From Candidatus Levyibacteriota bacterium (GTDB lineage: Bacteria; Patescibacteriota; Microgenomatia; Levybacterales; UBA12049): DNA of 64,000 nt. This document shows positions 25,882 through 37,663 of this stretch, piece by piece; the stretch's first letter is position 1, and every line of letters starts with the position of its first letter. A program made the translations under genes and the position numbers. Location: the NCBI GenBank assembly GCA_963722305.1, contig CAVRKE010000002.1, positions 447,649 to 511,648 on the forward strand, given 5' to 3'. Below the pieces are notes generated by a model. It was not told where the DNA came from. It did no database searches and was given only the letters and a program-made list of their open reading frames with translations.

Positions 25882-26004
25882 ATGGCAAAAAGACCAACCG
25901 GAGTTGGGAAAATGAAAAAATCCCACTCCTACAAAACCAAAAAAAGGCTTGAGGTAAAGCGCCAAATGCTTGCTCAAAAAGCCAAAAAACATAGAAAGAA
26001 ATAA
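25882..26004 (+). CDS. Small basic protein (40 aa, about 45% K/R). Possible ribosomal-type or nucleic-acid-binding peptide. Not in the ORF track.
   Basis: atg gca aaa aga cca acc... translates to MAKRPTGVGKMKKSHSYKTKKRLEVKRQMLAQKAKKHRKK. No confident family match. Confidence 0.3.
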   Translation: MAKRPTGVGKMKKSHSYKTKKRLEVKRQMLAQKAKKHRKK

Positions 26005-26027
26005 ACGCCCCGCGATAAAATGTGGTT

Positions 26028-27251
26028 TCAGGGTAGAAAGTCTACAAGCTCACTGGCAATATTTCTTTTTGCGGAAAAAGCTATTTTTTTAACGCTACCT
26101 TTGGAGGAAATTACCCACACTTCATTCGTATCCGCTTCAAAACCCCGATCGTCTCTCCCGACATCATTGGCCACAATCATATCCGAGCGACTTTCTTTTA
26201 AACGCTCCTTGGCGGTTCTGAGCAATTCTTTTTCCGCCAACCCATACTCCGCTTTAAATGAAACTAGAAAAATATGCGGGTTGAGTGTTTTAAGCTGGTC
26301 CAAGATTTTTTTTCTTGGCGTTAAGGTTATGGTCGCAACGTCTTTGCTTGATAATTTCCCCGTTATTGGCTCCCTGACCTGGAAATCGGAAACTGCGGCG
26401 GTATGATAAATAATATCGTAGTCTTGAATGTATTTTTTGATCAGGATAAACAATTCATCGGCAGTCGTAAACAATTCTTCGTTAATTAAATAACGGGGAG
26501 CGACCGCATGTTTAGCTCTCAAAAGCAGCACCTTGGCCCCCCTTAGATAACACTCTTCGGCAATTGCTACCCCCATTTTCCCGGAGCCTCGGTTGGTAAG
26601 GTAACGGATACCGTCTATTTTTTCCCTGGTTCCACCGGCGGTGACAATAATTTTCTTATCCTGAAGTACGCTTGTACGCTTAAGTTGTTTAAGTATCTCA
26701 TTTTTAATCAGCCCTACATCAACCAACCGGCCTTTCCCTTCGTAACCACAGGCCAGCATTCCTTTGGTTGGTCCAATTATCTGATAACCTGCCTGCCTCA
26801 GCTTTCCAATATTTTCTTGGACAAATGGATTGTTCCACATATGCACGTTCATGGCCGGACAAATAATCATCGGTGCGGTGACCGCCAGTGCGGTCGTTGT
26901 CAGATAATCATCGGCAATTCCGTGCGCCAGTTTTCCAACCACATTAGCAGTGGCAGGCGCGATAACCAAAACATCAGCTTTATCTGCAAGTTCGATATGT
27001 TCGACTTTTCGTGATTTTAAAACATCCCTATAATTAAAACCTTTTTCGAAAAGCTCGACAAACACTTTATGGCCGGAGACTTTTGCAAATTCGGCAGCCG
27101 GCACCATTTTACTGGCTGTTTTGGTCATAATCACAAAGACCTCTATTTTTTCTTTGCGCAAGAGTTTGATTAGCTCAAGCGTTTTATAAGCGGCAATGCC
27201 GCTGGTTACACCAACTAATACTGTCTGTTTCATGTCTTGGTATTGTATCAT
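26028..27251 (-). CDS. coaBC: Bifunctional phosphopantothenoylcysteine decarboxylase / phosphopantothenate-cysteine ligase.
   Basis: 407 aa with an N-terminal flavoprotein domain (LVGVTSGIAAYK) and a C-terminal DFP ligase domain (VTAGGTREKIDGIRYLTNRGSGKMG). Confidence 0.9.
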   Translation of the reverse strand: MIQYQDMKQTVLVGVTSGIAAYKTLELIKLLRKEKIEVFVIMTKTASKMVPAAEFAKVSGHKVFVELFEKGFNYRDVLKSRKVEHIELADKADVLVIAPATANVVGKLAHGIADDYLTTTALAVTAPMIICPAMNVHMWNNPFVQENIGKLRQAGYQIIGPTKGMLACGYEGKGRLVDVGLIKNEILKQLKRTSVLQDKKIIVTAGGTREKIDGIRYLTNRGSGKMGVAIAEECYLRGAKVLLLRAKHAVAPRYLINEELFTTADELFILIKKYIQDYDIIYHTAAVSDFQVREPITGKLSSKDVATITLTPRKKILDQLKTLNPHIFLVSFKAEYGLAEKELLRTAKERLKESRSDMIVANDVGRDDRGFEADTNEVWVISSKGSVKKIAFSAKRNIASELVDFLP

Positions 27252-27273
27252 GAGAGAAGAATTTTTGCGGTCT

Positions 27274-27786
27274 TTAGCGCTTAACAGGGTTCATGGTCTT
27301 ATCGTCCCAACACTCGGGCATCATGTCGGTTGGAAAATTTGGGTATGGCGCAACTGTTGAACATAAGATTTCGCCGTTTCCGTCCCAAACCAACTTCCAG
27401 GTTCCATTGACGTTTACGGCATACCACATTCCCCCTCCACCCTGGGCAGAGGCATCACCGCTGGCAAAGTCTCCCTCAATTTTTGAAACAGTGATAGTTA
27501 AAGCACTGGCATCGCTGCCGTGTTCAGCAATCAAATCATTCTTAATCGCAACTTTGAGAACCGTAGTTTCATCAATAGTCGGGGTCGGCGTTAAATTTTC
27601 AGCCGGAGAAATTTGTGATGCAGCCACTGATGGCTGATTGTTGAGTTGTTTCTCTGAAGAGGATTGAGCAGAAAGCGGCTGATTACTTTTTGTTCCCAGA
27701 TAAAATGCTCCAGCAGAAACTGCCACCAACAGCACTGCAACCAAGGCGATTTTTCCGAATAAGGCAAAAAGCCGGTCCGAATTCAT
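27274..27786 (-). CDS. Secreted or membrane-anchored hypothetical protein.
   Basis: 170 aa with N-terminal TM ALVAVLLVAVSAGAFYL. Confidence 0.4.
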   Translation of the reverse strand: MNSDRLFALFGKIALVAVLLVAVSAGAFYLGTKSNQPLSAQSSSEKQLNNQPSVAASQISPAENLTPTPTIDETTVLKVAIKNDLIAEHGSDASALTITVSKIEGDFASGDASAQGGGGMWYAVNVNGTWKLVWDGNGEILCSTVAPYPNFPTDMMPECWDDKTMNPVKR

Positions 27787-27811
27787 CTCTATAGTATTTT
27801 AGCACCACCAG

Positions 27812-28084
27812 TCAATCTTTATTAAAAAGTTTTCTTAATTCTACTTTTGCTTGTTCGAGAATTGCTCTTTTTTCCGGTTTTAAGTTTTTACCGGCCCGGT
27901 TAATATAAAAATTAAGCATGCTCATGGCAGACTGCAATGGCGTAGACTTTCGCCTGAGGCTATTTTCGGCTGAAAGTTTTAAACTCTCCGCGATTTTCCG
28001 GGGATTATCCCAAGTAAAAACTCCCTCTTCCAAATCCAGGGCAATGCTCTGTTTGGTCACTTCCCCTAACCAATTCTTGTTCAT
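27812..28084 (-). CDS. Hypothetical protein (90 aa).
   Basis: Conserved-looking small ORF downstream of rpoD. Confidence 0.35.
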   Translation of the reverse strand: MNKNWLGEVTKQSIALDLEEGVFTWDNPRKIAESLKLSAENSLRRKSTPLQSAMSMLNFYINRAGKNLKPEKRAILEQAKVELRKLFNKD

Positions 28085-28127
28085 AAACTGATTTTACCAC
28101 TGGGGAAGAAAAATAAGAGTAAGATAA

Positions 28128-29204
28128 TTATCCTAAATAGTCCTTTAATTTGTTACCGCGGGAGGGATGGCGCAGTTTCCTTAAAGCCTTAGCTTCAATT
28201 TGTCTGATTCGCTCCCTGGTGACCGCAAACATTTTTCCGACTTCTTCCAGAGTCTTTGGCCTGCCGTCTTTAAGCCCGAATCTTTCTTCCAACACCCTTT
28301 TTTCTCTGTCCGAAAGGGTGGACAGAACCTGGTCAATTTGCTCTTTTAAGAGTTCCCTTGAGGCGGTATCAAACAGGGTTGGCGCGGAAGTATCGTGGAT
28401 AAAATCACCCAGTCGTGAATCTTCTTCATCTCCAACCGGCGATTCTAAACTGGCCGGTTCCTGGGAGATTTTGATTATTTCCAGGGCTTTGTCGGGTTCG
28501 ATTCCCAAAGCTTTGGCCACTTCTTCCGGGGTTGGCTCACGGCCCAGTTCCTGCATTAATTTTCGGGAAGCCCTAAGAAATCGGTTGATGTTTTCCACCA
28601 TGTGCACCGGAATCCGGATGGTTCTGGCCTGGTCGGCAATGGCCCGGGTAATGGACTGCCGAATCCACCAGGTCGCATAGGTAGAAAACTTATAGCCTCG
28701 TCTCCAATCATATTTCTCCACCGCCCTGATTAATCCTTGGTTTCCTTCCTGAATCAGGTCTAAAAGCGTTAAGCCCCGGCCGACATATTTTTTGGCAATT
28801 GAAACCACCAAGCGCAAATTTGAATTAATCAGTATTTGCTTAGCGTGTTTATCGCCTTTTTCGACTTTTTTGGCCAAGGAAATCTCCTGGTCAAAAGTTA
28901 AAAGGGGAATTCGGCCGATTTCTTTAAGGTACATCCTCACCGGGTCGGAAACCGTGCCCTCGGTTAAAACCGTCAGTGCTTCCAATTCTTTTTCCAAGTC
29001 TTCAATCGGTTTTTCATCTTCTGTTTCGGCAGCCACCGATTCGAAAACATCGATATCCGAATGCATCAACTTATCGTAAAGTTGATCCAATTCCGCAAGG
29101 TGCTCTTCCGGATGAGGGAAAATGCTCAGGATTTCATCCTGGGTAATATAGCCCCTCTTTTTGGCACTGGTTACAATTTCTGTCAAAATATTCGGTTGTT
29201 TCAT
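28128..29204 (-). CDS. rpoD: RNA polymerase sigma-70 factor RpoD.
   Basis: Region 2.x-4.2 motifs: ...[27 protein letters not shown]... and ...[29 protein letters not shown]. Confidence 0.95.
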   Translation of the reverse strand: MKQPNILTEIVTSAKKRGYITQDEILSIFPHPEEHLAELDQLYDKLMHSDIDVFESVAAETEDEKPIEDLEKELEALTVLTEGTVSDPVRMYLKEIGRIPLLTFDQEISLAKKVEKGDKHAKQILINSNLRLVVSIAKKYVGRGLTLLDLIQEGNQGLIRAVEKYDWRRGYKFSTYATWWIRQSITRAIADQARTIRIPVHMVENINRFLRASRKLMQELGREPTPEEVAKALGIEPDKALEIIKISQEPASLESPVGDEEDSRLGDFIHDTSAPTLFDTASRELLKEQIDQVLSTLSDREKRVLEERFGLKDGRPKTLEEVGKMFAVTRERIRQIEAKALRKLRHPSRGNKLKDYLG

Positions 29205-29252
29205 GGCACTTTATTCTAACACTTTTTAGGCACAAAAGGAACCTGCAAAGAG

Positions 29253-31019
29253 CTAATTTTTAGGCAAAAGTTCAAGCAGTTTTGTAAATTCCCCTTTGAG
29301 CCTTTGCACCTCTTGGGTTTTTCTCTCTCTTTCTTTAGTCTTTATTTCTTCCGAAATCATTCGCACCCTATCCTTGATGTACAGCGTCAACATCTCACTG
29401 GAAACTTTTGCGATTTCCTCTTGATGCTTTGCTTCGTCTGAAAACTTTGGCAAGGGAAACAGATAACAAGTATCAAAAGCCTGGATTAACTCCTTGGAAA
29501 GAATGGTTGAAAACTGCTTGATATCCAATTTCTCAACTTTCGTAAAAGCCAAACTCAAGTTTTCCAGCAATTTTTGCAAAGAGGGCGTTTCAAAGCGGTA
29601 TTGGGCTAAAATTTGCTCCGTTTCCTCAATCGCCTTTTTGGGATTCTCGTCTTGAATAATTAGCGCAAGTAGATATTCTTCTAAGACTTCCCTTCTGGTT
29701 CTTTTATCTTTTTTGGGAATAATGATTTTATCTTCCAAGTTTTTGCTTTGTAATTTATCCACTTCTTTGACCAAACTTTGCAAAGAAATATCCAGTATTG
29801 AACTTAGTTTTTTCAGGTAGTGCTCTTTCAGCACCTCATTGGCGATATTGGCAAACAGAGGCAAAAGATTATCCGTAATCTCTTTTTTGCCCTGAGCCGT
29901 ATCTTTATCATTGGTGGCCACGAATTTCTCAGTCAGATAATCGTAAACCCCAACACTGTCCCTGATGGCTTTTTTAAAAGCGGCTGGGTTTTTCTTAATG
30001 GCCTCATCCGGGTCTTTACCTTCGCTGGTAACGATAATTGCGGTGGTGAGCCCTTTTTTCTCGATTACTTCCAGGCTTCTTCTGGTGGCTTCAAAGCCGG
30101 CGTTGTCCTGGTCTAAACATAAAGTCACTTTCGGCGTAAAGCGGGCCAAAAGATTAACCTGGTTTTCGGTGAGGGCCGTACCTTTAATTGCCACCACATT
30201 TTTTATGCCCTCCATAAACAGCGAAATCGCGTCAAATTCGCCTTCTACAATAATCGCATCCTGCTTTTGCTTGATTTCATCTTTAGCTCCGTTTAAGCCA
30301 AAGAACATGCTGCCTTTGTGGTAAACCAGTGTTTCTTTGGTGTTTAAGTATTTAGGTTGGCTCTCATCCGACAAGGCTCTCCCTGAAAACCCGGTCACAT
30401 TGCCGCGGTGGTCAAAAAGCGGGAAAATAATCCTGCCCCTGAAAAAATCATAAAGCTTACTGCCCCTTTCAAAAGATACTCCGGCCATCAGGAGATCTTT
30501 ATCTTGATAGCCTTTCTTCTTAGTTAGATAATCCGACAAAGCGCTGCCGGTATTTGGCGAAAACCCCAGCTCAAAAGTCTCAATAATCCCTTTATTGATT
30601 TTTCTTTTTGTAAGCAGATAAGCGAGAGCCACTTTACCGGCCGGGTGTTCGGTTAAGATGTAATGGTAAAATTTTAAAGCCAAATTATTAATCGCAAACA
30701 GTTTCTCTTTTTCCGAGTGTTGCCCCCGGCTAAACTCCGTTTCTTTGATAGTCACTCCGGCTTTTTTAGCCAAGGCCCGCAATGCCTCCGGAAATTCCAG
30801 GTTTTCGTACTCCATCAAAAAGGTGAAACAATCCCCGCCCTTGCCACAGCCGAAACAATGCCAGATTTGCCTTTCCGGAGAAATCACAAAAGATGGCGTA
30901 TTTTCATTATGAAAGGGGCAATTGGTTTTAAAATTCCTGCCGGCTTTTTTTAAAGGAAGATATTCCGAAATAAGCGAAACGATATCAATTTTTTCCCTGA
31001 TTTCTGCTGCCTGGTCCAT
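29253..31019 (-). CDS. dnaG: DNA primase DnaG.
   Basis: Zinc-binding domain CPFHNENTPSFVISPERQIWHCFGCGKGGD and a TOPRIM domain. Classic dnaG-rpoD gene order. Confidence 0.95.
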   Translation of the reverse strand: MDQAAEIREKIDIVSLISEYLPLKKAGRNFKTNCPFHNENTPSFVISPERQIWHCFGCGKGGDCFTFLMEYENLEFPEALRALAKKAGVTIKETEFSRGQHSEKEKLFAINNLALKFYHYILTEHPAGKVALAYLLTKRKINKGIIETFELGFSPNTGSALSDYLTKKKGYQDKDLLMAGVSFERGSKLYDFFRGRIIFPLFDHRGNVTGFSGRALSDESQPKYLNTKETLVYHKGSMFFGLNGAKDEIKQKQDAIIVEGEFDAISLFMEGIKNVVAIKGTALTENQVNLLARFTPKVTLCLDQDNAGFEATRRSLEVIEKKGLTTAIIVTSEGKDPDEAIKKNPAAFKKAIRDSVGVYDYLTEKFVATNDKDTAQGKKEITDNLLPLFANIANEVLKEHYLKKLSSILDISLQSLVKEVDKLQSKNLEDKIIIPKKDKRTRREVLEEYLLALIIQDENPKKAIEETEQILAQYRFETPSLQKLLENLSLAFTKVEKLDIKQFSTILSKELIQAFDTCYLFPLPKFSDEAKHQEEIAKVSSEMLTLYIKDRVRMISEEIKTKERERKTQEVQRLKGEFTKLLELLPKN

Positions 31020-31117
31020 AGTGATGGTATTGTAACACTTAGGCTTTTATCCTGCACGTTTTTTTTTGGATGGCAGAGGGTCTTGCTTTTACTAATAGAA
31101 TGTTTTACAATCCCTAA

Positions 31118-32395
<1,278 letters not shown>

Positions 32396-32412
32396 CCCGG
32401 TTAAGGTTTCTT

Positions 32413-33819
32413 ATGAACCCTGACTTGTTCAAAATTAACGCTTTAAGCCCACTCGACGGAAGATATAAAAAATATACCCAAGGGTTAGCCCCTTATTTCA
32501 GCGAAGCCGCTTCGATGAAATACAAGGTTTTAATGGAATGCGAATATCTGATTGCGCTTTCACAGAGTCAAGGCCTCGGTGTTCGAAAATTATCCGAAAA
32601 AGAACAAGACTTAATCCGCAAAATCTATGAGAATTTTTCGTCTGAAGATGCTCAAATTATCTCCGATATCGAACTTAAGGGCTACAAAAACATCAAGGCC
32701 ACCAACCATGATTTTAAAGCCATCGAATATTTTATTAAGGATAAATTTGGACAAACCAGCCTTAAAGATTGCATAGAATGGATTCATTTTGGCCTGACTT
32801 CGGAAGATGCCAGCAATATTGCCTACGCCCTGATGTTAAGCGAGAGCTTAAGAGACGTTTATCTGCCGGTTTTGGAAGATTTAATTAGTAAAATAGTAAA
32901 ATTGGCCAAGGATAACGCCAAAATCCCGATGTTGTCCCGCACCCACGGCCAACCTGCTTCACCGACCACTTTCGGCAAGGAATTTGCAATTTTTGCCAGC
33001 CGCCTTATAAAATATGCACGTAGTCTTCAAAGTGTAAAAATTCTTGCCAAACTCAACGGAGCGGTTGGTAATTACAATGCTTTGGCGGTTGCATATCCTA
33101 AGACAGATTGGATAAGTTTTTCCAAAAAATTCATTGAGCAAATCAACAAACAGAGAAAAGTAAACTTGGAAGTGAATTTGCTAACCACCCAAATAGAACC
33201 GCACGACAGTTATGTAGAGTTATTTGATGTACTGCGTCACATCAATACCATTTTGCTTGATTTTAACCAGGATATCTGGCGCTATGTCAGCGACGGCTGG
33301 ATTATGCAAAAACCGGTGGAAGGCGAAGTCGGCTCTTCGACCATGCCGCATAAAATCAATCCCTGGTTTTTAGAAAACAGCGAAGGAAACTTGGGAATGG
33401 CAAATACACTGTTCACTTATTTTGCTGCCAAACTTCCCATTTCCCGTCTACAAAGAGACCTCTCCGACTCGACCGTACAAAGGAATTTTGGCTGTGCTCT
33501 TGGTTACTCCTTAATTGGCTTTGGGTATTTGACTAACCAGCTCGGCAGGCTGGCCGTCAACGGACAAAAAGCCAGAGAAGATTTAGAAAACCACCCAGAA
33601 ATCATTGCCGAAGCAATTCAAACAATTTTAAGACGGGAGGGAATCGCTATGCCCTACGAAAAATTAAAGGACTTAACCCGCGGCCGCAAAACTACAATTG
33701 ATGATTTAAGAAAATTCATTGATGATTTGGATGTTTCCGGCAAAGTCAAAGAAGAACTGAAAAAAGTTACCCCGCTTAACTATATTGGCCTCTCAGAAAA
33801 ATTGGTTGAGGAAATTTAG
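32413..33819 (+). CDS. purB: Adenylosuccinate lyase.
   Basis: Fumarate-lyase signature SSTMPHKINP and HGQPASPTTFGKE. Confidence 0.9.
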   Translation: MNPDLFKINALSPLDGRYKKYTQGLAPYFSEAASMKYKVLMECEYLIALSQSQGLGVRKLSEKEQDLIRKIYENFSSEDAQIISDIELKGYKNIKATNHDFKAIEYFIKDKFGQTSLKDCIEWIHFGLTSEDASNIAYALMLSESLRDVYLPVLEDLISKIVKLAKDNAKIPMLSRTHGQPASPTTFGKEFAIFASRLIKYARSLQSVKILAKLNGAVGNYNALAVAYPKTDWISFSKKFIEQINKQRKVNLEVNLLTTQIEPHDSYVELFDVLRHINTILLDFNQDIWRYVSDGWIMQKPVEGEVGSSTMPHKINPWFLENSEGNLGMANTLFTYFAAKLPISRLQRDLSDSTVQRNFGCALGYSLIGFGYLTNQLGRLAVNGQKAREDLENHPEIIAEAIQTILRREGIAMPYEKLKDLTRGRKTTIDDLRKFIDDLDVSGKVKEELKKVTPLNYIGLSEKLVEEI

Positions 33820-33823
33820 AAGC

Positions 33824-35350
33824 TTATTCCCACTCCATGGTGGCCGGCGGCTTGGTGGTAATATCGTAGACTACCCGCACCACCTCAAAAACTTCCGTCA
33901 CGATTCTTTCCGAAATTTTAGCTAAAACAGCATAAGGCAGCCTCACCCAGTCGGCTGTCATGGTGTCTTTTGATTCAATGGCCCTAATCGCAATTGTCTC
34001 ACCGTATTTCCGTTCATCGCCGGTTACTCCAGTGGTTTTAACACCGGTAAAAACCGCAAAGGCCATCCAAATATCATCATAAAGATTGGCTTTTTTGATT
34101 TCCTCAATCACAATCGCATCGGCCTTTTTTAGTATTGTCAGTTTCTCTTCTGTAACCTCCCCGATAATCCTCACTGCCAAACCCGGACCGGGAAAAACAT
34201 GCCTTACTACCATTTCCGGCGGAAATTTAAGCTCTCTGGCGATTTGCCTGACCTCATCTTTATAAAACATCCGAATCGGCTCAACGATTTTGAAGTCATG
34301 TTTCTTGGGAATTCCCCCGACGTTATGGTGGGTTTTAATTTTTTGGGCGTGGGCTGTGCCTTTACTCTCAATCACATCCGGATAAATAGTCCCCTGAATA
34401 AGAATTTTCGCCCCTAATTTTTTGGCCTCCCTTTCAAAAACCCGGATAAACGTCTCGCCAATTACTGTCCGTTTCTTCTCCGGCTCAACCACTCCTTTTA
34501 AGGCAGTTAGAAAATCTTTTTTAGCGTCAATCACCACTAATGGTAACTGCAGCTTGTGCTTAAAAGTGTCCTTGACTTCCTCCGTTTCCCCCTCCCGCAT
34601 TAAGCCCGTATCAACGTAAAAACAGGTCAAATTTTTGCCGATTACTTGGTAAGTAAGATAGGCGGAAACGCTTGAATCAATGCCGCCGGATAAGGCACAA
34701 ACCGCTTTTTGGCTGCCGATTTGTTTTTTTAGAAATTGCTTAATTTCGGCAATTTTTTCTTCGCTGATTAAAGGATGTTCTTTGCAGATGCCTAAAACGA
34801 AATTGCTTAAAACCTGCTGCCCATATTCTGTATGGTGAACCTCCGGATGGAACATTATTCCGTAGATTTTTCTTTTTTCATCGCCAAAGGCTGCTACTTT
34901 GACCGAGGGCGTTGAGCCGATAATTTCCGCGCCTTTTGGCGGCTCGACTACTTGGTCGAAATGGCTCATCCAGACTGTAAAATCCCGCTGGTTGTTTTGC
35001 CAATTGGCAAACAGGCTGCTGTCTTTTTTGAGGCCAAAAGCTGTCGGGCCATACTCTTTTTTCTTTCCCGGCGAAACGCGTCCTCCCAAAAGATGGCCTA
35101 GCACTTCCAGCCCGTAACAAATACCCAGAACCGGAATGCCCAACTCAAAAATTGCTTTATCAACTAACAGCGCGTCTTTGCCGTAGACCGAAGCCGGACC
35201 GCCTGATAGGATAATTCCTTTCGGCTGATATTGCTTAATGCTGGAAAGTGCATCTTTGGGAAGAACAATTTCCGCGCTAACCCCCAAATCCCTAATACGT
35301 CTGCCAATCAGGTGGGTTGTTTGTGAGCCGAAATCGACAATTAAAATCAT
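33824..35350 (-). CDS. guaA: GMP synthase (glutamine-hydrolysing).
   Basis: Class-I glutamine amidotransferase domain (GICYG), then an ATP-pyrophosphatase domain (SGGIDSSV), then a dimerisation domain ending PATMEWE. Confidence 0.95.
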   Translation of the reverse strand: MILIVDFGSQTTHLIGRRIRDLGVSAEIVLPKDALSSIKQYQPKGIILSGGPASVYGKDALLVDKAIFELGIPVLGICYGLEVLGHLLGGRVSPGKKKEYGPTAFGLKKDSSLFANWQNNQRDFTVWMSHFDQVVEPPKGAEIIGSTPSVKVAAFGDEKRKIYGIMFHPEVHHTEYGQQVLSNFVLGICKEHPLISEEKIAEIKQFLKKQIGSQKAVCALSGGIDSSVSAYLTYQVIGKNLTCFYVDTGLMREGETEEVKDTFKHKLQLPLVVIDAKKDFLTALKGVVEPEKKRTVIGETFIRVFEREAKKLGAKILIQGTIYPDVIESKGTAHAQKIKTHHNVGGIPKKHDFKIVEPIRMFYKDEVRQIARELKFPPEMVVRHVFPGPGLAVRIIGEVTEEKLTILKKADAIVIEEIKKANLYDDIWMAFAVFTGVKTTGVTGDERKYGETIAIRAIESKDTMTADWVRLPYAVLAKISERIVTEVFEVVRVVYDITTKPPATMEWE

Positions 35351-35351
35351 T

Positions 35352-36494
35352 TTAGTAATTTTTGCCCGGATTGGTAATTAAAACGTCGTGCGGATGAGAC
35401 TCGGTTAAAGATGCCTGGGTAATTTGCATAAAGCGGGCCTTTTGCCAAAGCTCGGCAATGTTTCTTGCTCCGACATAGTACATGCCAGATTTGATGCCAC
35501 CAACTGCCTGTTCCACTAATTCCTTGACAGTGCCTCTGACCGGCACCAAACCCTCCACCCCTTCTGCCACCAAGACTCTGTCTTTATAGCTTTTGCCGTG
35601 GAACTCGCCTTCGGATTTTATTTTGGCGCCTTTTTCCATGGCTGCCACCGAGCCCATGCCGCGGTATTCCTTAAACTGGTACTTATTGCCGCCGTTAAAA
35701 ATGTTCTTAAACCTGGCCGGCACTTCTTCTTTTTTAAGCGTAATTACTTTCCCCGGGGACTCTTTAGTGGCGGCGAAAAACCCACCCATCATTACCGCCG
35801 CTGCTCCGGCTGCCAAAGCTTTCACCACGTCGCCCGAATACTTAATTCCGCCGTCGGCAATAATCGGAATACCGGCTGCTTTGGCGGCTTTGACGGTTTC
35901 CGTAATCGCTGTAACTTGGGGCACTCCCATTCCGGAAATAATCCGGGTGGTACAAATTGCGCCCGGCCCCATCCCGACCCTGACTGCATCGGCTCCGGCT
36001 TCAACCATCGCCTTGGCACCCTCATAGGTAGCCACATTTCCGGCCATCACGTCAATTTGGGGAAAATTATTTTTAATGTATCTGGTGGTTTCGATGACTC
36101 CTTTGGAATAACCGTGGGCCGAATCAACCACAATTAAGTCAACTCCAGCCCTGACAAGAGCTTCAACCCTGTCTTCAAAACCGGTATTAGCGCCGATGGC
36201 TGCTCCAACCAATAATTGCTTGTTTTTGACTTTTTTAACCTGGTCTGCCTGTTCTTTAATGGGTAAATTGCGGTGAATAATACCAATACCACCTAAGCTC
36301 GCTAAAGCAATTGCTAACTCGCTTTCGGTGACGGTATCCATGGGCGCGGAAATAAAAGGTAAAGTAAGAGTGATGTTTTTAGTCAGTTTTGTGGAAAGGT
36401 CGATTTCGGAACGACTAAAATTGGCAAAACCAGGAAAGAGTAAAACGTCGTCAAACGAGAGGCCAACGGGAAATATAGATTTCGTAGGTTCCAT
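35352..36494 (-). CDS. guaB: IMP dehydrogenase, short form without the CBS subdomain.
   Basis: 380 aa with a catalytic loop [11 protein letters not shown] and [11 protein letters not shown]. Adjacent to guaA. Confidence 0.8.
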   Translation of the reverse strand: MEPTKSIFPVGLSFDDVLLFPGFANFSRSEIDLSTKLTKNITLTLPFISAPMDTVTESELAIALASLGGIGIIHRNLPIKEQADQVKKVKNKQLLVGAAIGANTGFEDRVEALVRAGVDLIVVDSAHGYSKGVIETTRYIKNNFPQIDVMAGNVATYEGAKAMVEAGADAVRVGMGPGAICTTRIISGMGVPQVTAITETVKAAKAAGIPIIADGGIKYSGDVVKALAAGAAAVMMGGFFAATKESPGKVITLKKEEVPARFKNIFNGGNKYQFKEYRGMGSVAAMEKGAKIKSEGEFHGKSYKDRVLVAEGVEGLVPVRGTVKELVEQAVGGIKSGMYYVGARNIAELWQKARFMQITQASLTESHPHDVLITNPGKNY

Positions 36495-36519
36495 ATCTTA
36501 TTATGCTCCATTTTACTCT

Positions 36520-37640
36520 TTTTGTCAAGAAATTGTATAGGTTACGGAGTTATTCGACAATCCTTCTTTTAGAATGAGGTGGTCCATTGGAGAAATTAAC
36601 CCCAAAGACTTATGCACTCTTTCTGTATTGTAGAATATCAGATAATCAATCAGTTTTCCAGTAAAAAGTACGGGGTTATGGATGTATTCCAGATTATTGT
36701 CAATAAACTCTTCCTGAATGGTTCTATTGAATCTTTCCACAACCCCGTTGATTCTACAGCAGCGGGGATAGATAAATACTTGGGAGATTTGATGCTTTTT
36801 AAGATAATCCTCAAAGTCTCCCAGGAATTCAAGACCATTATCTGTTTGGACAGTCTTAATCCTGTAAGGATACACTACCTCAAGTTTCTTGAAGAAATCT
36901 ACCGTATTCTGGCTATTTAAGTGTTTGTACATTAAGGAGAAGGCAAATTTACCTTTAACATCAACTGCCTGGTAGAAGTAGTATCGAATACCATCCACAA
37001 ACCTTAAAACAGTGTCCATTTCAACATATCCTATCTTGGTAGGTTTAGGAGCATATCTTACTCTTATTCGCCTTGTTCTCTTTCTTTTAGCAAAGCCGCT
37101 ACCGGGATTATGGTAAATCTTGCCTGACTGTTGAAAAAAGAAGTTATTTCTCTTGATTACCTTACCGATGGTTGATACTTCTATAGCCGGAAGTCCTTCT
37201 TTAAGACAATACTTATCTAAAAGAGGTTTAATCTTCTCTTTTCCAAGTCTTGGGTGTTTTTCCCGCAAGGATTTAACATACAAGATTACCTTTGGGTTAG
37301 TTATCATAGTTCTTCTGGTTTTAGGCGTTGTTAGTGTTGGGATTAATGAGGAAATACTATTGTGACTCTCTTTTAACCGTTTCTTCCATATCCAAATAGT
37401 ATCTCTGCCAACCTTAAATGCTTCACGTGTTGTTTTCTCGCCATGTAGATCGTAGAACTCAATGATTCTAAGTCTTTCTTTAGCTATTTCATCTTTAGAG
37501 AACCTTTTAAGACTTGCTACCACTTTTTTCACCTCCTCAAGTCCTCGTATTCTACTAAAGATTGGGTATGCTCTGGCGTAATGATCCATAGTTACGAAAT
37601 GTCGAATATGTTTCGTAACTTATACAGAAATTGAGGAAAA
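36520..37640 (-). mobile_element. IS481-family insertion sequence (about 1.1 kb). Inverted repeats of about 26 bp: TGTATA(G/A)GTTACG(G/A)A...ATTCGACA.
   Basis: Left inverted repeat at about 36534-36559. Its right partner is the reverse complement of about 37609-37636. Single rve-type transposase whose stop lies at the edge of the inverted repeat. Boundaries are accurate to about 10 bp. Confidence 0.6.
36525..37589 (-). CDS. IS481-family DDE transposase (integrase core domain).
   Basis: 354 aa: ...YVEMDTVLRFVDGIRYYFYQAVDVKGKFAF...TVQTDNGLEF...NGVVERFNRTIQEEF... Confidence 0.8.
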   Translation of the reverse strand: MDHYARAYPIFSRIRGLEEVKKVVASLKRFSKDEIAKERLRIIEFYDLHGEKTTREAFKVGRDTIWIWKKRLKESHNSISSLIPTLTTPKTRRTMITNPKVILYVKSLREKHPRLGKEKIKPLLDKYCLKEGLPAIEVSTIGKVIKRNNFFFQQSGKIYHNPGSGFAKRKRTRRIRVRYAPKPTKIGYVEMDTVLRFVDGIRYYFYQAVDVKGKFAFSLMYKHLNSQNTVDFFKKLEVVYPYRIKTVQTDNGLEFLGDFEDYLKKHQISQVFIYPRCCRINGVVERFNRTIQEEFIDNNLEYIHNPVLFTGKLIDYLIFYNTERVHKSLGLISPMDHLILKEGLSNNSVTYTIS

Positions 37641-37663
37641 TTATTGTATTTTGTTGTTTTCGT

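Noticed and set aside
28150-28680. Many long ORFs on the strand opposite well-supported genes (for example 28150-28680, 28792-29079, 35598-36137, 35593-36027, 43643-43918, 45180-45494, 49672-50166 and 62136-62630).
   Set aside because: They lie entirely antisense within conserved genes (rpoD, guaB, L25 tail, valS, DUF4012, VirB4) and have low-complexity or biased composition typical of shadow ORFs.
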